The translations under genes were made by a program, and so were the position numbers. From NCBI GenBank assembly GCA_963730185.1, contig CAVSQW010000008.1, positions 416,001 to 480,000 on the forward strand: 64,000 nt of DNA, in the 5' to 3' direction. This document shows positions 1 to 11,411 of this stretch, piece after piece; position 1 is the first letter of the stretch; every line of letters begins with the position of its first letter. This DNA comes from an uncultured Gemmatimonadales bacterium (GTDB taxonomy: Bacteria; Gemmatimonadota; Gemmatimonadetes; Gemmatimonadales; GWC2-71-9). Under the pieces are notes generated by a model that saw only the letters and a list, made by a program, of their open reading frames with translations, did not search any database and had not been told where the DNA came from.

Positions 1-236
1 TCGAGATCGGCCGTCAGCGCGGACCCTCCGAAGGCGTCGAGCCCGATGTCGATCACCACGTGTTGGGCGGCGCCGAGGGCGTCCGCTACCTGGGCCGCGG
101 CGTCGAGCTCGGCCAGGTGCCGCTGGCCGTAGCGGAAGCTCAGGGCGTGGCAGGTGAATCCGTCCGCCCGGGCGATGGCCAGGGTGGTGGCGGAGTCCAA
201 GCCCCCGCTCAGAAGCACCACGGCGGGTCGGATCAC
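1..236 (-). CDS. queC: 7-cyano-7-deazaguanine synthase QueC (N-terminal part; runs off window start)
   Basis: Manual translation from GTG at 236 gives (M)[46 protein letters not shown], with the QueC SGGLDS and YGQRH motifs. The start overlaps the upstream stop (GTGA). Confidence 0.9.
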   Translation of the reverse strand, partial: MIRPAVVLLSGGLDSATTLAIARADGFTCHALSFRYGQRHLAELDAAAQVADALGAAQHVVIDIGLDAFGGSALTADL

Positions 237-1606
237 GGGGCTCCTCGGCCCAGCTCGTGGCGCAGGGCCGTTTCGAGGGTCGGATACCGGAACACGTAGT
301 CCGAGGCGATCAGCGCCGCCGGGACGACCCGGGCGCTGGCCAGGAGCCCTTCGTCGGCCAGTCCCGGGAAGAGCAGACGCAGTGCGAACGCCGGCACCGG
401 GAGGATCGCCGGCCGGTGGAGGATCCGCCCCAGAACGGCCGTCAGCTCCTCGTTCCGGACTGGCTCGGGCGAGGTCACGTTGAGCGGTCCACTCACCGTG
501 TCGGTCAGCAGAGCATGGACGATCACGCCAATCGCGTCGTCGATCGCGATCCAGCTGGTCCATTGCCGTCCGTCGCCCAGGGGGCCGCCGATCCCGAGCG
601 AGAAGGGGAGGTAGATCCGGCCCAGCATGCCTCCGGCCGGGGTGAGCACCGGACTGACCCTGGCCGGGACCGTGCGAATGCCGGCCGCCCGGGCGGCCTC
701 CGTCGCGGCCTCCCAGGCGACCCCGACCTCGGGCAGGAAGCCCCGGCCCGGCGGGCTGGTGTCCGTCAGCACCTCCTCGCCCCGGTTGCCGTAGATCCCG
801 ATCGCCGAGGCGGAGACCAGCACCTGGGGCCGGCGGCTGGCCCGCGCCATGGCGCCGGCCACGAGCCGGGTGCCCTCGATCCGACTGCTCCGGATCCGGG
901 CCCGCTTCGCCTCGGTCCAGCGGCCTTCGCCGATGCTGTCGGCGGCGAGGTGGACGACCGCGTCGACCCGGGCGAGCGCCTCGGGGTCGAGCCCGCCGGC
1001 GACCGGGTCCCAGGCGATCTCGTCCGGGGCCCGCGCCGGGCGGCGCACCAATCGCACCACGTCATGGCCGCCGGTGGTGAGCACCGCGGCGAGCGTCCGA
1101 CCGAGAAGCCCCGAGGCGCCGGTGATCGCCACCCGGAGCCGGGGGGCGCCCCGGTACTGGGCGTGCATCGCCAGGTCGGCGGCCGTAACCCGGTGTCGAT
1201 AGCGAAGGGTGCGGGCCAGCCGCCGCCGGACGCACGGCTCCGCCAGCTCGCCCACCGGGCCGCCCGGCAGCTCGACCTCCACCCGGTCCACCAGCTCGCA
1301 GGCGAACCGCCCGTCGGGCTCGAATCGGTGCTCGTGCCGCCAGCGGGCAAACGGTCCCTGCTCCTGGACGTCGGTGAAGCCCTCGCCGGGACGGACGTTT
1401 TCATGCCGGGCCACCCAGCGGGTGTACACCGGCCCCACCGGCACCTCGAGCGTCACCCGGCTTCCCTCCTCGAGGCCGGGGTGGGGCTCGACCAGTCGAA
1501 CGGACTCCCAGGGAGGGACCAGGCGTTCGAACGCGCCCGCTCGGGCGTGCCAGGCATACGCCTCGTCCGCGCCCACCGGCAGCCGGGAGCGGTGCTCGAC
1601 GATCAT
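233..1606 (-). CDS. SRPBCC/cyclase-like domain fused to TIGR01777 (YfcH-like) NAD-dependent epimerase
   Basis: C-terminal part of ORF 233..2458, from ATG 1606 ([11 protein letters not shown]...[16 protein letters not shown]...[19 protein letters not shown]). It continues [41 protein letters not shown] overlap with the upstream gene. Confidence 0.85.
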   Translation of the reverse strand: MIVEHRSRLPVGADEAYAWHARAGAFERLVPPWESVRLVEPHPGLEEGSRVTLEVPVGPVYTRWVARHENVRPGEGFTDVQEQGPFARWRHEHRFEPDGRFACELVDRVEVELPGGPVGELAEPCVRRRLARTLRYRHRVTAADLAMHAQYRGAPRLRVAITGASGLLGRTLAAVLTTGGHDVVRLVRRPARAPDEIAWDPVAGGLDPEALARVDAVVHLAADSIGEGRWTEAKRARIRSSRIEGTRLVAGAMARASRRPQVLVSASAIGIYGNRGEEVLTDTSPPGRGFLPEVGVAWEAATEAARAAGIRTVPARVSPVLTPAGGMLGRIYLPFSLGIGGPLGDGRQWTSWIAIDDAIGVIVHALLTDTVSGPLNVTSPEPVRNEELTAVLGRILHRPAILPVPAFALRLLFPGLADEGLLASARVVPAALIASDYVFRYPTLETALRHELGRGAP

Positions 1607-2708
1607 CCAGCTCCCAGGCTCCGCTGGCGGGCGTCGAGCGAGCGCCGGACCAGGACCAGGTCCGTGACGTTGTCCCAGGTCAGGAGCCCGGCCAGGCGGC
1701 CGCCCGGTTCCACCACGGGGAGGGCGGGGAGGCCGCTCAGTTTGAGCCGCTCCAAGGCGGCGTCGAAGCCGAGGTCGGGGGCCAGCGGCTCGACCGGCTT
1801 GGACATGACCTGCTCCACCGTGGCGCCGGGGCCCACGCTGGAGAGTCCCCGCACCAGGTCGTTCCGGGTGAGGAGTCCTTCCAGATGACCGAGGTTGTCG
1901 ACCACCGGGAACTCGCTCTGCTCGCCGGCCAGGAGCAGCTGGGTCGCTCGCTCCAGGGTCTCGTACACCTTGAGCACCACGAAGTCGGTGACCATCATTT
2001 GGGCGGCCGTGAGCCCCCGGCCGGCCGTTTTGAGCTCGACGGCGCGGGCCTCGGCTTCGCCCGCCAGCAAGATGAAGCCGCCGATGATGACCAGCAGGAT
2101 GTTGGCGCCGAAGAGGCCCAGGGCGACCATCCCGCCGGCCAGCAGCTGCGAGACCCGGGTCGCCTTGCGGGTGCCTTCGGCCAGCCCGTAGCGGCTTGCG
2201 AGCCCCGCTCGGAGCACCCGGCCGCCGTCCATCGGGAAGATCGGCAGCAGGTTGAAGACCAGGATCCAAGCGTTGACGGCGGTGAGGCGGGGAAGGAGCG
2301 CCGTCGAGTCGGGATTCAGGTCGGTCCAGTGGAATCCGCCCCGGGTGATCCAGGTCGCGGCGGCGAGGCCGATCGTGATCGCCAGGGTCACGGCGGGCCC
2401 GGCCAGCGCGACCAGCATCTCCTCCGCGGGCGCTCGGGCATCCCTTCCAATCGCGCAATCCCGCCGATCGGCGACAGGATCACGTCCCGGGTGTTGATCC
2501 CGAACCGCCGGCCCATGAGGATGTGGCCGAATTCGTGGAGCAGCACACAGAGGAAGAGGGTCGGGAGGAACACCAGGGAGAACAGCATCAGGCGCTGTCC
2601 GCCAGCCAAGTAGGACTGGTAGGCGTACCACACCACCAGGAGGAAGAAGGTGACGTGGAGCTTGATCTCCACGCCCAGAACCCGACCGAGGCGCCACGAC
2701 CATCGCAT
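1603..2708 (-). CDS. Site-2 (M50) membrane metalloprotease with tandem CBS domains; one frameshift near 2445
   Basis: ORF 2388..2708 has LLHEFGH (HExxH). ORF 1603..2871 continues with VALAGP, FNLLPIFPMDGGRVLR and two CBS repeats. Confidence 0.85.
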
Positions 2709-2835
2709 GAAGGAAAGATAGACGGACCGGCCGGTCGAGGGATGGCCGGCCGGCGGGACCCCGGGAGGATCGAGAAGCTGCCGCCTTACCTCGCCGGGTC
2801 GATGCCTTTAGAATTCCCGCCCGCGTCAACCGGAG

Positions 2836-4760
2836 GTGACCGATCACGACGCCAGCCAGCTGGTCCATCAAGGACTCCGAGAAGCTCTACAACATGCAGG
2901 GCTGGGGCCAGGGCTATTTCCGGATCAAGCCGAGGGCCACGTGACCGTGCATGCCGATGGAAACCGGAGCGGAACCGGCCTCGACCTCTATCAGCCTGGC
3001 GATGGATCTCAACGCGCAGGGCGATGCGGCCTGCCGCTGCTGCTCCGCTTCTCGGACATCCTGAAGGCCCGAATCCCGAGCTCTGGCCGCCGAGTTCGGC
3101 GCGCGCCATCGACGAGTTCGGCTACGACGGATCGTACACCACCGTCTATCCGATCAAGGTCAACCAGCAGCGGCACGTCGTGCAGGAGATCGTGGAGTTC
3201 GGTCGCCGCCCCACGGCGTGGGGCTCGAATGCGGCAGCAAGGCGGAGCTGCAGGCGGTGCTCGGCCTCACACGAGCCGCACGAGCATCTGATCGTCTGCA
3301 ACGGATACAAGGACGAGGAGTTCATCCGGCTCGCCCTGATGGGCCAGCAGCTCGGGCACCAGGTGTTCATCGTGGTCGAGCAGCTGGACGAGCTCGACGA
3401 GCTCCTGAAGGTGGCCGACGAGATGGGGGTCGTGCCGACCCTCGGCGTGCGGATCAAGCTGGCCACCGAGGGCTCGGGGCGCTGGGCCAAGAGCGGCGGG
3501 GAGCGCTCCAAGTTCGGGCTCGCGGCGGCCGGAGCTCATGCGGCTGCTGGACCGGCTGGACAGCTCGGCCGGCAGGAGCTCGCTCAAGCTGGTCCACTTC
3601 CATCTCGGCAGCCAGATCACCGACATCCGGTACGTCAAGGCCGGGCTGGAGGAGATCGGGCGGTATTACGTCGAGATCCGGCGGATGGGGTTCGACTGAC
3701 CCACGTGGACGTCGGCGGCGGCCTCGGGGTGGACTACGACGGCTCCCGCACCACCCGCTCCGCCAGTATGAACTACACCATGCGGGAGTACGCCAGCGAC
3801 GTGGTCTATACCCTCGGCGACGATCTGCCGGGAGCCGGAGTGCCGATGCCGCACCTGATCTCGGAATCGGGCCGGGCGCTCACGGCCCACCACTCCCTGC
3901 TGCTGGTCAACGTGATCGACGTCGAGGCCCAGATCGAGCCGGTGCCGCCCGTCGCTCGGCGACGACTCCCACCGCGGTCCTGGTCGAGATGGCACGAAAA
4001 CCTCGACGCGCTGACGCCCGACCGGGTGGACGGAGGCGTTCCACGACGCGATCTTCGCCAAGGAGCGGGTCCAGCGAGTACTTCGCGAGCGGCGCTGTTC
4101 ACCCTGCGGGAGCAGGCCGACGCCGAGCAGCTCTACCTCTGCACGCTGAACGCCATCGCGCAGATGATCGGCGAGGAACGGGTCGGCTATCCGGAAATCA
4201 GGGCGCACATCGAGGCGACACTGGTGGACCGGTACTTCTGCAATTTCTCCGTCTTCCAGTCGCTGCCGGACAACTGGGCCATCGACCAGCTCTTCCCGAT
4301 CATGCCGATCCATCGGCTGGACGAAGCGCCCGATCCGGCGCGGCACCATCCAGGACATCACCTGCGACTCCGACGGCGTGATCGACCGGTTCGCCGGCGG
4401 TCGGAAGGGCAAGCCCTCGCCTCGAGCTGCATCCCTACCGCGACGGCGAGCCGTACATCCTCGGCATTTTCCTGACCGGCGCCTATCAGGAGATCCTCGG
4501 TGACCTCCACAACCTGTTCGGCGACACCAACGCGGTGCACGTCCGCTCACGCCCAGCGGCTACGAGATTACCGACCTGGTCCACGGCGATACGGTCACCG
4601 AGGTGCTCAACTACGTCCAGTTCCACGCCTCCGACCTGCTGACCACGTTTCGCCGCAAGGTGGCGGCACGGCCACCAGCCTGACCCGGCAGACGCCAACA
4701 CCTTCATTGCGGATTACGTGGCCGGCCTGGAGGGGTACACGTACCTGGAAGGGGACTTAG
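2836..4760 (+). CDS. speA: Biosynthetic arginine decarboxylase; multiple frameshifts (probably sequencing errors)
   Basis: Motifs are spread over several frames: [20 protein letters not shown] (PLP Lys), [78 protein letters not shown], ending [12 protein letters not shown] at 4760. Confidence 0.9.
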
Positions 4761-4910
4761 TGACTGGGGAGTTGTGAGTGGTGATTCGGGAGTCGAGTCG
4801 TGAGTCGGCGAGTAGACCGCGGAGTAGGAGAGGGGTGGCCCTGGCCGCTCACCCCAACTCACCACTCACGACTCGCTCCCAAGTCACCATTCGCAACCCC
4901 CTGCTCCCTA
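4761..4910. repeat. Heptamer-based intergenic inverted-repeat element, copy 1
   Basis: G-rich heptamers (TGACTGG GGAGTTG TGAGTGG TGATTCG GGAGTCG ... GGAGTAG) followed by complementary C-rich heptamers (CAACTCA CCACTCA CGACTCG ...). Lies between convergent speA and gltA. Confidence 0.8.
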
Positions 4911-4912
4911 TC

Positions 4913-6201
4913 TCATCGCTTCGCCGATCGGGACGAAGTCCCGCTCGGCTTTCGCCGGTGTAGATCTGCCTCGGCCGGGCGATCTTCTGCTCCTTGTCGC
5001 TGAGCATCTCCTCCCACTGCGCCAGCCAGCCGGGCAGCCGTCCCACCGCGAAGAGCACCGTGAAGTAGTCGGTCGGATAGCCCATCGCCTGGTAGATCAG
5101 ACCCGAGTAGAAGTCCACGTTCGGGTAGAGCTTCCGCTCGACGAAGTAGTCGTCTTCCAGGGCGATCCGCTCCAGCTCCAGCGCGATCTCCAGCTTCGGA
5201 TTCAGCCCGGTCTGGGCGAAGACCTCGTCGGCCGTGCGCTTGATCAGCTTGGCTCGCGGGTCGTACGACTTGTAGACCCGGTGCCCGAAGCCCATCAGCC
5301 GGCCCTCGCCCTTCTTCACCCGCTCGATGAAGCCGGGGATGTTCTTCTTGGTGCCGATCTCGTCCAGCATCCGGAGCACGGCCTCGTTCGCGCCGCCGTG
5401 GAGGGGGCCGTAGAGGGCCGCGATCCCGGCGGATACGGCCGAGAAGGGATCGACGTGCGACGAGCCCACCGACGCGCACCGCGCTGGTCGAGCAGTTCTG
5501 CTCGTGGTCGGCGTGGAGGATCAGCAGAATCTCGAGCGCCCGCTGCAGCACCGGGTTCGGCTGGTGCTGGCCGCCGATCAGAACGTCATGTTGACGTAGT
5601 TGCCGATGTAGTCGAGATCGTTCCGGGGAAACTCGAACGGGCAGGCCGCGGGAGTGCCGGAAGATGAAGGCCGCCAGGGTCGGCATCTTGGCCATCAGCC
5701 GGACCCGCTGGATGTAGCGGTTCTCGGGGTCGTCGATGTGCTTGGCCTCGGGATAGAAGGTCGAGAGCGCCGCTCACCGTCCCCAGCAGCATCCCCATCG
5801 GATGGGCGTCGTAGCGGAAGCCCTCCAGGAACTTGATGATGTTGGTGTGGACGTAGGTGTGGTAGCGGATGTCGTGGGTCCACTTCTCCAGCTGCGCCTG
5901 GTTGGGCAGCTCGCCCTCCGCCAGGAGATAGGCCACTTCGAGGAAGCTGGCCTTCTCGGCGAGCTGCTCGATCGGGTAGCCGCGGTAGCGCAGGATGCCC
6001 CTTGTCGCCGTCGATGAAGGTGATGGCGCTCCGGCACGACGCGGTGTTCATGTACGCCGGGTCGTAGGTCATCAACCCGAAGTCGTCGGTGCCCGTCTTG
6101 ATCTGGCGGAGGTCGATTGCCCGGATGGTGCCGTCGTTGATGGGGAGCTCGTAGCTCTTGCCCGTCCGGTTGTCGGTGATGGAGAGCGTGTCCTTGGCCA
6201 C
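4913..6201 (-). CDS. gltA: Citrate synthase (type II-like); multiple frameshifts
   Basis: GTG at 6201 gives (M)[20 protein letters not shown]. Later motifs: [82 protein letters not shown]. Confidence 0.92.
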
Positions 6202-6517
6202 CCGCGCCTTCCTTCCGTCTTGAGCAGGGATCCTGAGGCCGAATCGCGAGACCGGCCGCTCCGCGGCCGAAACATAGCCGGGGCCGCACGTCCGGGCAGC
6301 CGTTAGTGGGTCGGCATCGGGTCGGCGACCTCGGGCCGGGGGTGGTGGGGGGTGGGCCGGAGCTCGCTGGAGCCGCGCCGGACCGGCCCCTGCACGGTTT
6401 TTGCACCTGTCGGGCCTTTCCCCGATCGGCCGAGGGAGGCATGGCCCGAACGTCGGGGGTCCTCTTATGATGCAGCCGTCAGGGCGGCGAATGCCGCTCC
6501 GACCCAGATTCGAAAGG

Positions 6518-8576
6518 ATGGCCGGGTTGAGGGTTCGCGCTTCGTTCCTGCTCGCGTTCGGTGCCGTCGCAGTGGGGTGTGGGACGGCCCCGACCACGCC
6601 GCCGGCCACCCCAACCAGCCTCAGCGTCGCTACCCAACCCTCCTCGTCCGCCGGCAGCGGTCGGCCGCTGGGCCAGCAGCCGGTGGTGCAGGTCCTCGAC
6701 GCCGACGGCAACCCGGCCACTGCCCGGGGCGTCCTGGTGACCGCTGCGATCGCGTCGGGCGGGGGCACCCTCTCGGGCGAAGCCGCCATCCGGACGGACG
6801 CCACGGGTAAGGCCGCCTTCACGAATCTCGCCCTGGTCGGCACGGCCGGACCGCGCATCCTCCGGTTCACGGCCAATGGGCTCCAGCCGGCCGTCTCCGC
6901 CCCGATCGGCCTCGGCCCCGGCGACGCCGCCACCATCACGCCGAGTGCCGGGAACAACCAGACGGCGGCCGCCGGGACCGCGGTCGCCGTTGCCCCGGCG
7001 GTCCTGATCGTCGACGGCGCCGGGAACCCGATCTCGGGCATGTCCGTGGCGTTCGTGGTGGAAAGCGGGGGCGGAACGGTCACCAGCGGGGCGGTCGCCA
7101 CCGACGCCAACGGCATCGCGACGGTCGGCGAGTGGCGGCTCGGCCAGAGGGCAGGGCCCAACGCGCTCCGGGCCACCGCGGGAACGCTGGATCTTCTCTT
7201 CACGGCCACCGGGATCGTCGGACCGGCCGCCAAGCTGATCGTCACCGCCGGCAACGCCCAGACCGCGACCATCGGCACGGCCCTGCCGGTCGCGCCGGCG
7301 GTCAAGGTCACCGACGCCTTCGACAACCCGATCACGGGGCTGGCGGTGACTTTCGCCGTGGCCAGCGGCGGCGGCACTGTTACCGGGGCGACCGCGATCA
7401 GCGATGCGACGGGACTCGTCACGTCTGGCGGGTGGACGCTCGGGCTCCTGCCCGGCATCCAGACCGTCACCGCCAGCCGGAGCGGCGGGCCCTCGGTCAC
7501 CGTGACGGCCACCGCGCTCGACTTCCAGGTGGGCGCCATCGCGGTCGGCGGCTTTTCCAGCTGCGCCCTGGTGTCGGGCGTGCCCGACTGCTGGGGATTC
7601 AACGGCAACGGCCAGCTGGGCGACGGCACCACCGTCGCGCGAAGCGTGCCGACTGCGGTGGGGGGCGGGGTCAGCCTTACCGCGATCGATCTCGGGTCCG
7701 GGCACGGATGCGGGCTGGCGACGTCGGGGCTCCTCTGTTGGGGCGCCGACGCGGCCGGCCAGCTCGGGCGACGGCAAGACCAAAGATCGCCCCGTGCCTG
7801 GTCCGGTCAGCGGTGGCGCCTCCTTTACGCAGGTCTCGGCCGGTGACGTCCACACCTGCGCTCTCGACACCGCCGGCCACGCCTGGTGTTGGGGCAACAA
7901 CGGCTCGGGCCGCCTCGGCGACGGGACCACCACCACCCGGCTTCAGCCGACCGCGGTCGCCGGGGGCCATACCTTCACCTCGATCTCGGCCGGCGGCGCG
8001 CACACCTGCGGGCTCCGGACCGACGGCCAGCTGCTCTGTTGGGGGGGCAACAACACCGGTCAGCTCGGGGACAGCACGACCCAGGCCCGCCAGACCCCCA
8101 CCCCGGTCAAGACGGCCTTGTCATTCGTCGCCGTGACCACCGGCGGCTCGCACACCTGCGCCCTCGACAGCGCCGGGGTCGCCTACTGTTGGGGTCTGGG
8201 ACAGCAGGGTGCCCTCGGATCCGGGGCCGCGGCTTCCCAGATCGCTCCAGGCGCCGTCACCGGCGGGCTCACTTTCTCGGTCGTCGCGGCGGGCGGGAAC
8301 CACACCTGTGGGCTCACGACCGGCGTCGGCACGGTGTACTGCTGGGGCGCGAACGCCTCGGGGCAGCTTGGCGACGGCAGCGTCGTGGCGACCCGGCTCT
8401 CCCCGGTGGTGGTGTCGGGGAGCCCGACGGCCACCGCCCTCGCCCTCGGTCAGGAGCACACTTGCATCCGGACCACGGCGGGCAGCGCGGTCTGCTGGGG
8501 ACGGGGAACCGAAGGGCAGCTGGGCGACGGCGGTATCGTCGGGCGGCGGGTGCCGGCCGGTGTGGTGTCGCCCTGA
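6518..8576 (+). CDS. Exported lipoprotein with Ig-like (Big_1/invasin-type) repeats and C-terminal RCC1 beta-propeller; frameshift near 7770
   Basis: Signal/lipobox-like AVAVGC. Three repeats of the type V.D..GNP..G..V.F.V.SGGG, then about 7 RCC1 repeats (HTC...CWG.N..GQLGDG) split over ORFs 6401..7846 and 7794..8576. Confidence 0.8.
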
Positions 8577-8588
8577 CCGGACCCCGGG

Positions 8589-8978
8589 TCAGGGGGTGGG
8601 CAGGGTCACCGAGCAGGTGGTGTCGAAGCCGCCTCGGACGTTGTAGACGGTCTTGACCACCAGCCGGGCCGGCTCGAGCAGGCGGAAGAGGTCTTCCGCG
8701 ATCCGAGCGGTGGCGTGCTCCTGGAAGATCCCCACGTTCCGGAAGCTGGTTACGTAGTACTTCAGGCTCTTGAGCTCGACGCATCGCGCCCGGGGTACGT
8801 AGCTGATCACCAGCCGGGCGAAGTCCGGCAGCCCGCTGTAGGGGCACACCGCGCTGAACTCGTTCGTCTCCGTCACGATCTCCTGGGCCGGTCCCTCGTA
8901 TGGGAACGTCTCCAGGGCCGCCACCTCGATGTGCTCCGGCCCCACGAAGGGGAGAGAGCGACCTTCGGCCTCCGCCAT
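8589..8978 (-). CDS. queF: preQ0 reductase QueF (type I)
   Basis: From ATG 8978: EFSAVCPYSGLPDFA (catalytic Cys/Asp), VELKSLKYY (QueF motif), QEHATARI, YNVRGG. Confidence 0.92.
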   Translation of the reverse strand: MAEAEGRSLPFVGPEHIEVAALETFPYEGPAQEIVTETNEFSAVCPYSGLPDFARLVISYVPRARCVELKSLKYYVTSFRNVGIFQEHATARIAEDLFRLLEPARLVVKTVYNVRGGFDTTCSVTLPTP

Positions 8979-9098
8979 GACCTTGCTCGCACCGTTGAGA
9001 CGGGGACAATCTAGCCCCGGGCCGAAGGCATGGCAGGGGAGAGCGCGATCCCGCCGAGCCCGGTAGACTTCGCCGGTGTGTTGCCCCGAGCCATCACC

Positions 9099-11285
9099 AT
9101 GATCGCCATCCCCGTCGTCCTGGCGCTGACCCTGACGGCCACCGCGCCGCCCGACACCATCGCCCTCGCCGCCGGGATGGTCATCGACCGGTCGGTCGTG
9201 GTCCGGCCGGGTCGCTACCGCCTGGCGCCACCGCCGGGCGACTCGGTGGCAGTCCGGATCCGGGGGGCGGGCGTGACCGTGGATTTTCAGGGAGCGGTGC
9301 TCGAGGGGACCGACCCCGCGGTCGATGACGACGCCCGCGCCGGGATCGGGATCCTGATCGAGGAGGCCACCGACGTCACCGTCCGCCGAGCCAGGATCCG
9401 GGGGTACCGGGTCGGGGTGCTGGCCCGCGGGGTCCGGGGCCTCTTCCTCGCCGACAACGACGTCAGCGACAACTGGCGACCGCGGCTCTGGAGCGGGCCG
9501 GGCCACGAGAGTCTCGTCGATTGGCTGTCCTTCCATCACAACGAGCGGGACGAGTGGCTCCGATACGGCGCGGGCTTCTATCTGGCCGACGTCGTGGGCG
9601 GCGACGTGCGGGGCAACACCGCCGAGCGGGGCATGAACGGATTGCTGCTGGTGCGGTCGTCCGGCCTCCGGATCTGGAACAACGACTTCTCGTTTCTCTC
9701 CGGGCTCGGGGTGGGCCTCTACCGGTCCACGGAGAACACCATCATGCACAACCGGCTCGACTGGTGCATTCGGGGCTACATGTCCGGCGCTTACAGTCGG
9801 GGCCAGGACTCCGCCGCGCTCCTCCTCTACGAGCAGAGCTCCAACAACGTCGTCGCCTACAACTCGATGACTCATTCGGGCGACGGGCTCTTCCTCTGGG
9901 CGGGACAGTCGACCATGGACACCGGGGCCGGCGGGGCCAACGACAACCTCGTCTTCGGTAACGATCTAAGTTTCGCGGCGGCCAACGGGATCGAGGTGAC
10001 TTTCAGTCGGAACCGGCTGATCGGGAACCTGCTCGAAGGCTCGACCTACGGTGTCTGGGGCGGGTACAGCTTCGAGACGCTGATTCGCGGCAACCGTTTC
10101 CGGGACAACACCACCGGCATCGCCATCGAGCACGGGCAGGACAACGCGATCGTCGCCAACCGCTTCGAGGGAGACCGGACCGCGATCAGTCTCTGGCAGA
10201 ATCCGATCGCTCCGTCGGATCGGGGCTACCCCCGGCATCGTGATACCCGGAGCCGGGACTACCGGATCGAGGGCAACCAGTTCCGCGGCCTTGGGGTCGC
10301 CCTCCGGCTCCGGGCCACCACCGGGGTGACCTTCGGACCCAACGGGATGACCGGCGTCGACTCGGCGATCGTCGCCTCGGGTGACACCACCGGTTGGCGG
10401 TTCCGCGGGGTCACCCCGCCCGAGCCGCCCGGCGACGGCTGGGAGCCGCCCCGGGACGACTCGGCCGCGCCCGCGCCCCTGCCGGGAGCCATCGATCCGA
10501 TGGTTCGGGGCGCCGCACGGCGCGGTCGGGAGGCCATCCTCGTCGATCGGTGGGGGCCCTACGACTGGCGCTCGCCCAGCCTCTGGCGGGCCAGGGTCGC
10601 GGACAGTGCCTATGCCGGCGGGCCGCTGTCTCTCCGGGTGCTGGGACCGCCGGGACGTTGGAGGCTGGTGAGCTCCCGCGGGGTGCGCTCGGTCCGGCCC
10701 GCCGCAGGGCCGGTCGGCGATACCCTCGTGGTGAGGCCCGGGGCGAGCGTCGGGGCCGACTGGTCGGTCACCCTGGAGTACATGGGCCAGGCGGTGACGG
10801 ACTCCCGCGGCGCCCGGATGGCGGCCGGAACGCCCGTCCGGTTCGACCACGCCGAATTCGTTCCCGCCCAGTCGTGGGAGATCCGCGTGGCGAGTTGGGA
10901 CAGCAGCGACGACCTCCCGGGTCACCCGGAGCGGGCCGCGTCCCTGTTGGCCCCCGCACCGGTGCTCCGGCGCCAGAGCCGCCTCGACTACCTCTGGTAC
11001 CGGCCGCCGTTTCCCGGGGTCCCCACCTCGCGGTTCGTGCTGGGCGCCGACGGGGTGGTGAGCCTGCCCGACGGCCGCTTCCGCCTCACCGCGATCAGCG
11101 ACGACGGCATCCGGGTCTGGGTCGACGACCGCCTGGCGATCGACCACTGGGCGCCCCACGAGTCGGCCGTCGACCAAGTGGACGTGTCCGGCGGACGACA
11201 TCGGGTGCAGGTCGAGTACTACCAGGTGGATGGATGGGTGGAGCTCCGCCTGGAGGCCGCGGCGATAGGGAGGACTGATCGGTGA
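9099..11285 (+). CDS. Secreted right-handed beta-helix (NosD/pectin-lyase-like) protein with C-terminal PA14 domain
   Basis: Signal peptide MIAIPVVLALTLTA. Parallel beta-helix repeats (IWNNDFSF, IMHNRLDW, VAYNSMTH, IRGNRFRDN). C-terminal SDDGIRVWVDDRLAIDHW...HRVQVEYYQ is a PA14 signature. Confidence 0.75.
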   Translation: MIAIPVVLALTLTATAPPDTIALAAGMVIDRSVVVRPGRYRLAPPPGDSVAVRIRGAGVTVDFQGAVLEGTDPAVDDDARAGIGILIEEATDVTVRRARIRGYRVGVLARGVRGLFLADNDVSDNWRPRLWSGPGHESLVDWLSFHHNERDEWLRYGAGFYLADVVGGDVRGNTAERGMNGLLLVRSSGLRIWNNDFSFLSGLGVGLYRSTENTIMHNRLDWCIRGYMSGAYSRGQDSAALLLYEQSSNNVVAYNSMTHSGDGLFLWAGQSTMDTGAGGANDNLVFGNDLSFAAANGIEVTFSRNRLIGNLLEGSTYGVWGGYSFETLIRGNRFRDNTTGIAIEHGQDNAIVANRFEGDRTAISLWQNPIAPSDRGYPRHRDTRSRDYRIEGNQFRGLGVALRLRATTGVTFGPNGMTGVDSAIVASGDTTGWRFRGVTPPEPPGDGWEPPRDDSAAPAPLPGAIDPMVRGAARRGREAILVDRWGPYDWRSPSLWRARVADSAYAGGPLSLRVLGPPGRWRLVSSRGVRSVRPAAGPVGDTLVVRPGASVGADWSVTLEYMGQAVTDSRGARMAAGTPVRFDHAEFVPAQSWEIRVASWDSSDDLPGHPERAASLLAPAPVLRRQSRLDYLWYRPPFPGVPTSRFVLGADGVVSLPDGRFRLTAISDDGIRVWVDDRLAIDHWAPHESAVDQVDVSGGRHRVQVEYYQVDGWVELRLEAAAIGRTDR

Positions 11286-11411
11286 GGGTGACCAGGGAGT
11301 GAGCAGGTCCCGTGAGTAGGCCCCCACTCACGATCGCCAACTCACTCCCAACTCACTACTCCCAACTCCCAACTCACTCCCTAGTCCCTACTCCCAACTC
11401 ACGAGTCCCTA
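11282..11411. repeat. Heptamer-based intergenic element, copy 2 (short G arm, long C arm)
   Basis: Short G-rich arm (GGGAGTG, TGAGTAG), then CCACTCA..CAACTCA CTCC CAACTCA CTACTCC CAACTCC CAACTCA CTCC CTAGTCC CTACTCC CAACTCA CGAGTCC CTA. Lies between convergent genes. Confidence 0.8.

Noticed and set aside
2400..6050. Apparent pseudogenisation or programmed frameshifting of the M50 protease, speA and gltA
   Set aside because: Many 1-bp indels cluster in patches and hit core genes whose motifs are all intact. This fits uncorrected long-read errors; read-level polishing would settle it.
1..8978. queC/queF as a 7-deazaguanine DNA-modification or QatABCD-type defence system
   Set aside because: Both look like canonical tRNA-queuosine enzymes; no dpdA, TatD, ATPase or other defence gene is visible.
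9099..11285. NosD-like repeats as evidence of a nitrous-oxide reductase cluster
   Set aside because: No nosZ/F/Y/L nearby; the PA14 domain points to a carbohydrate-binding beta-helix protein.
11282..11411. Possible CRISPR array in the repeat tracts
   Set aside because: Units are degenerate 7-mers with no constant repeat/unique spacer structure, and there are no cas genes.
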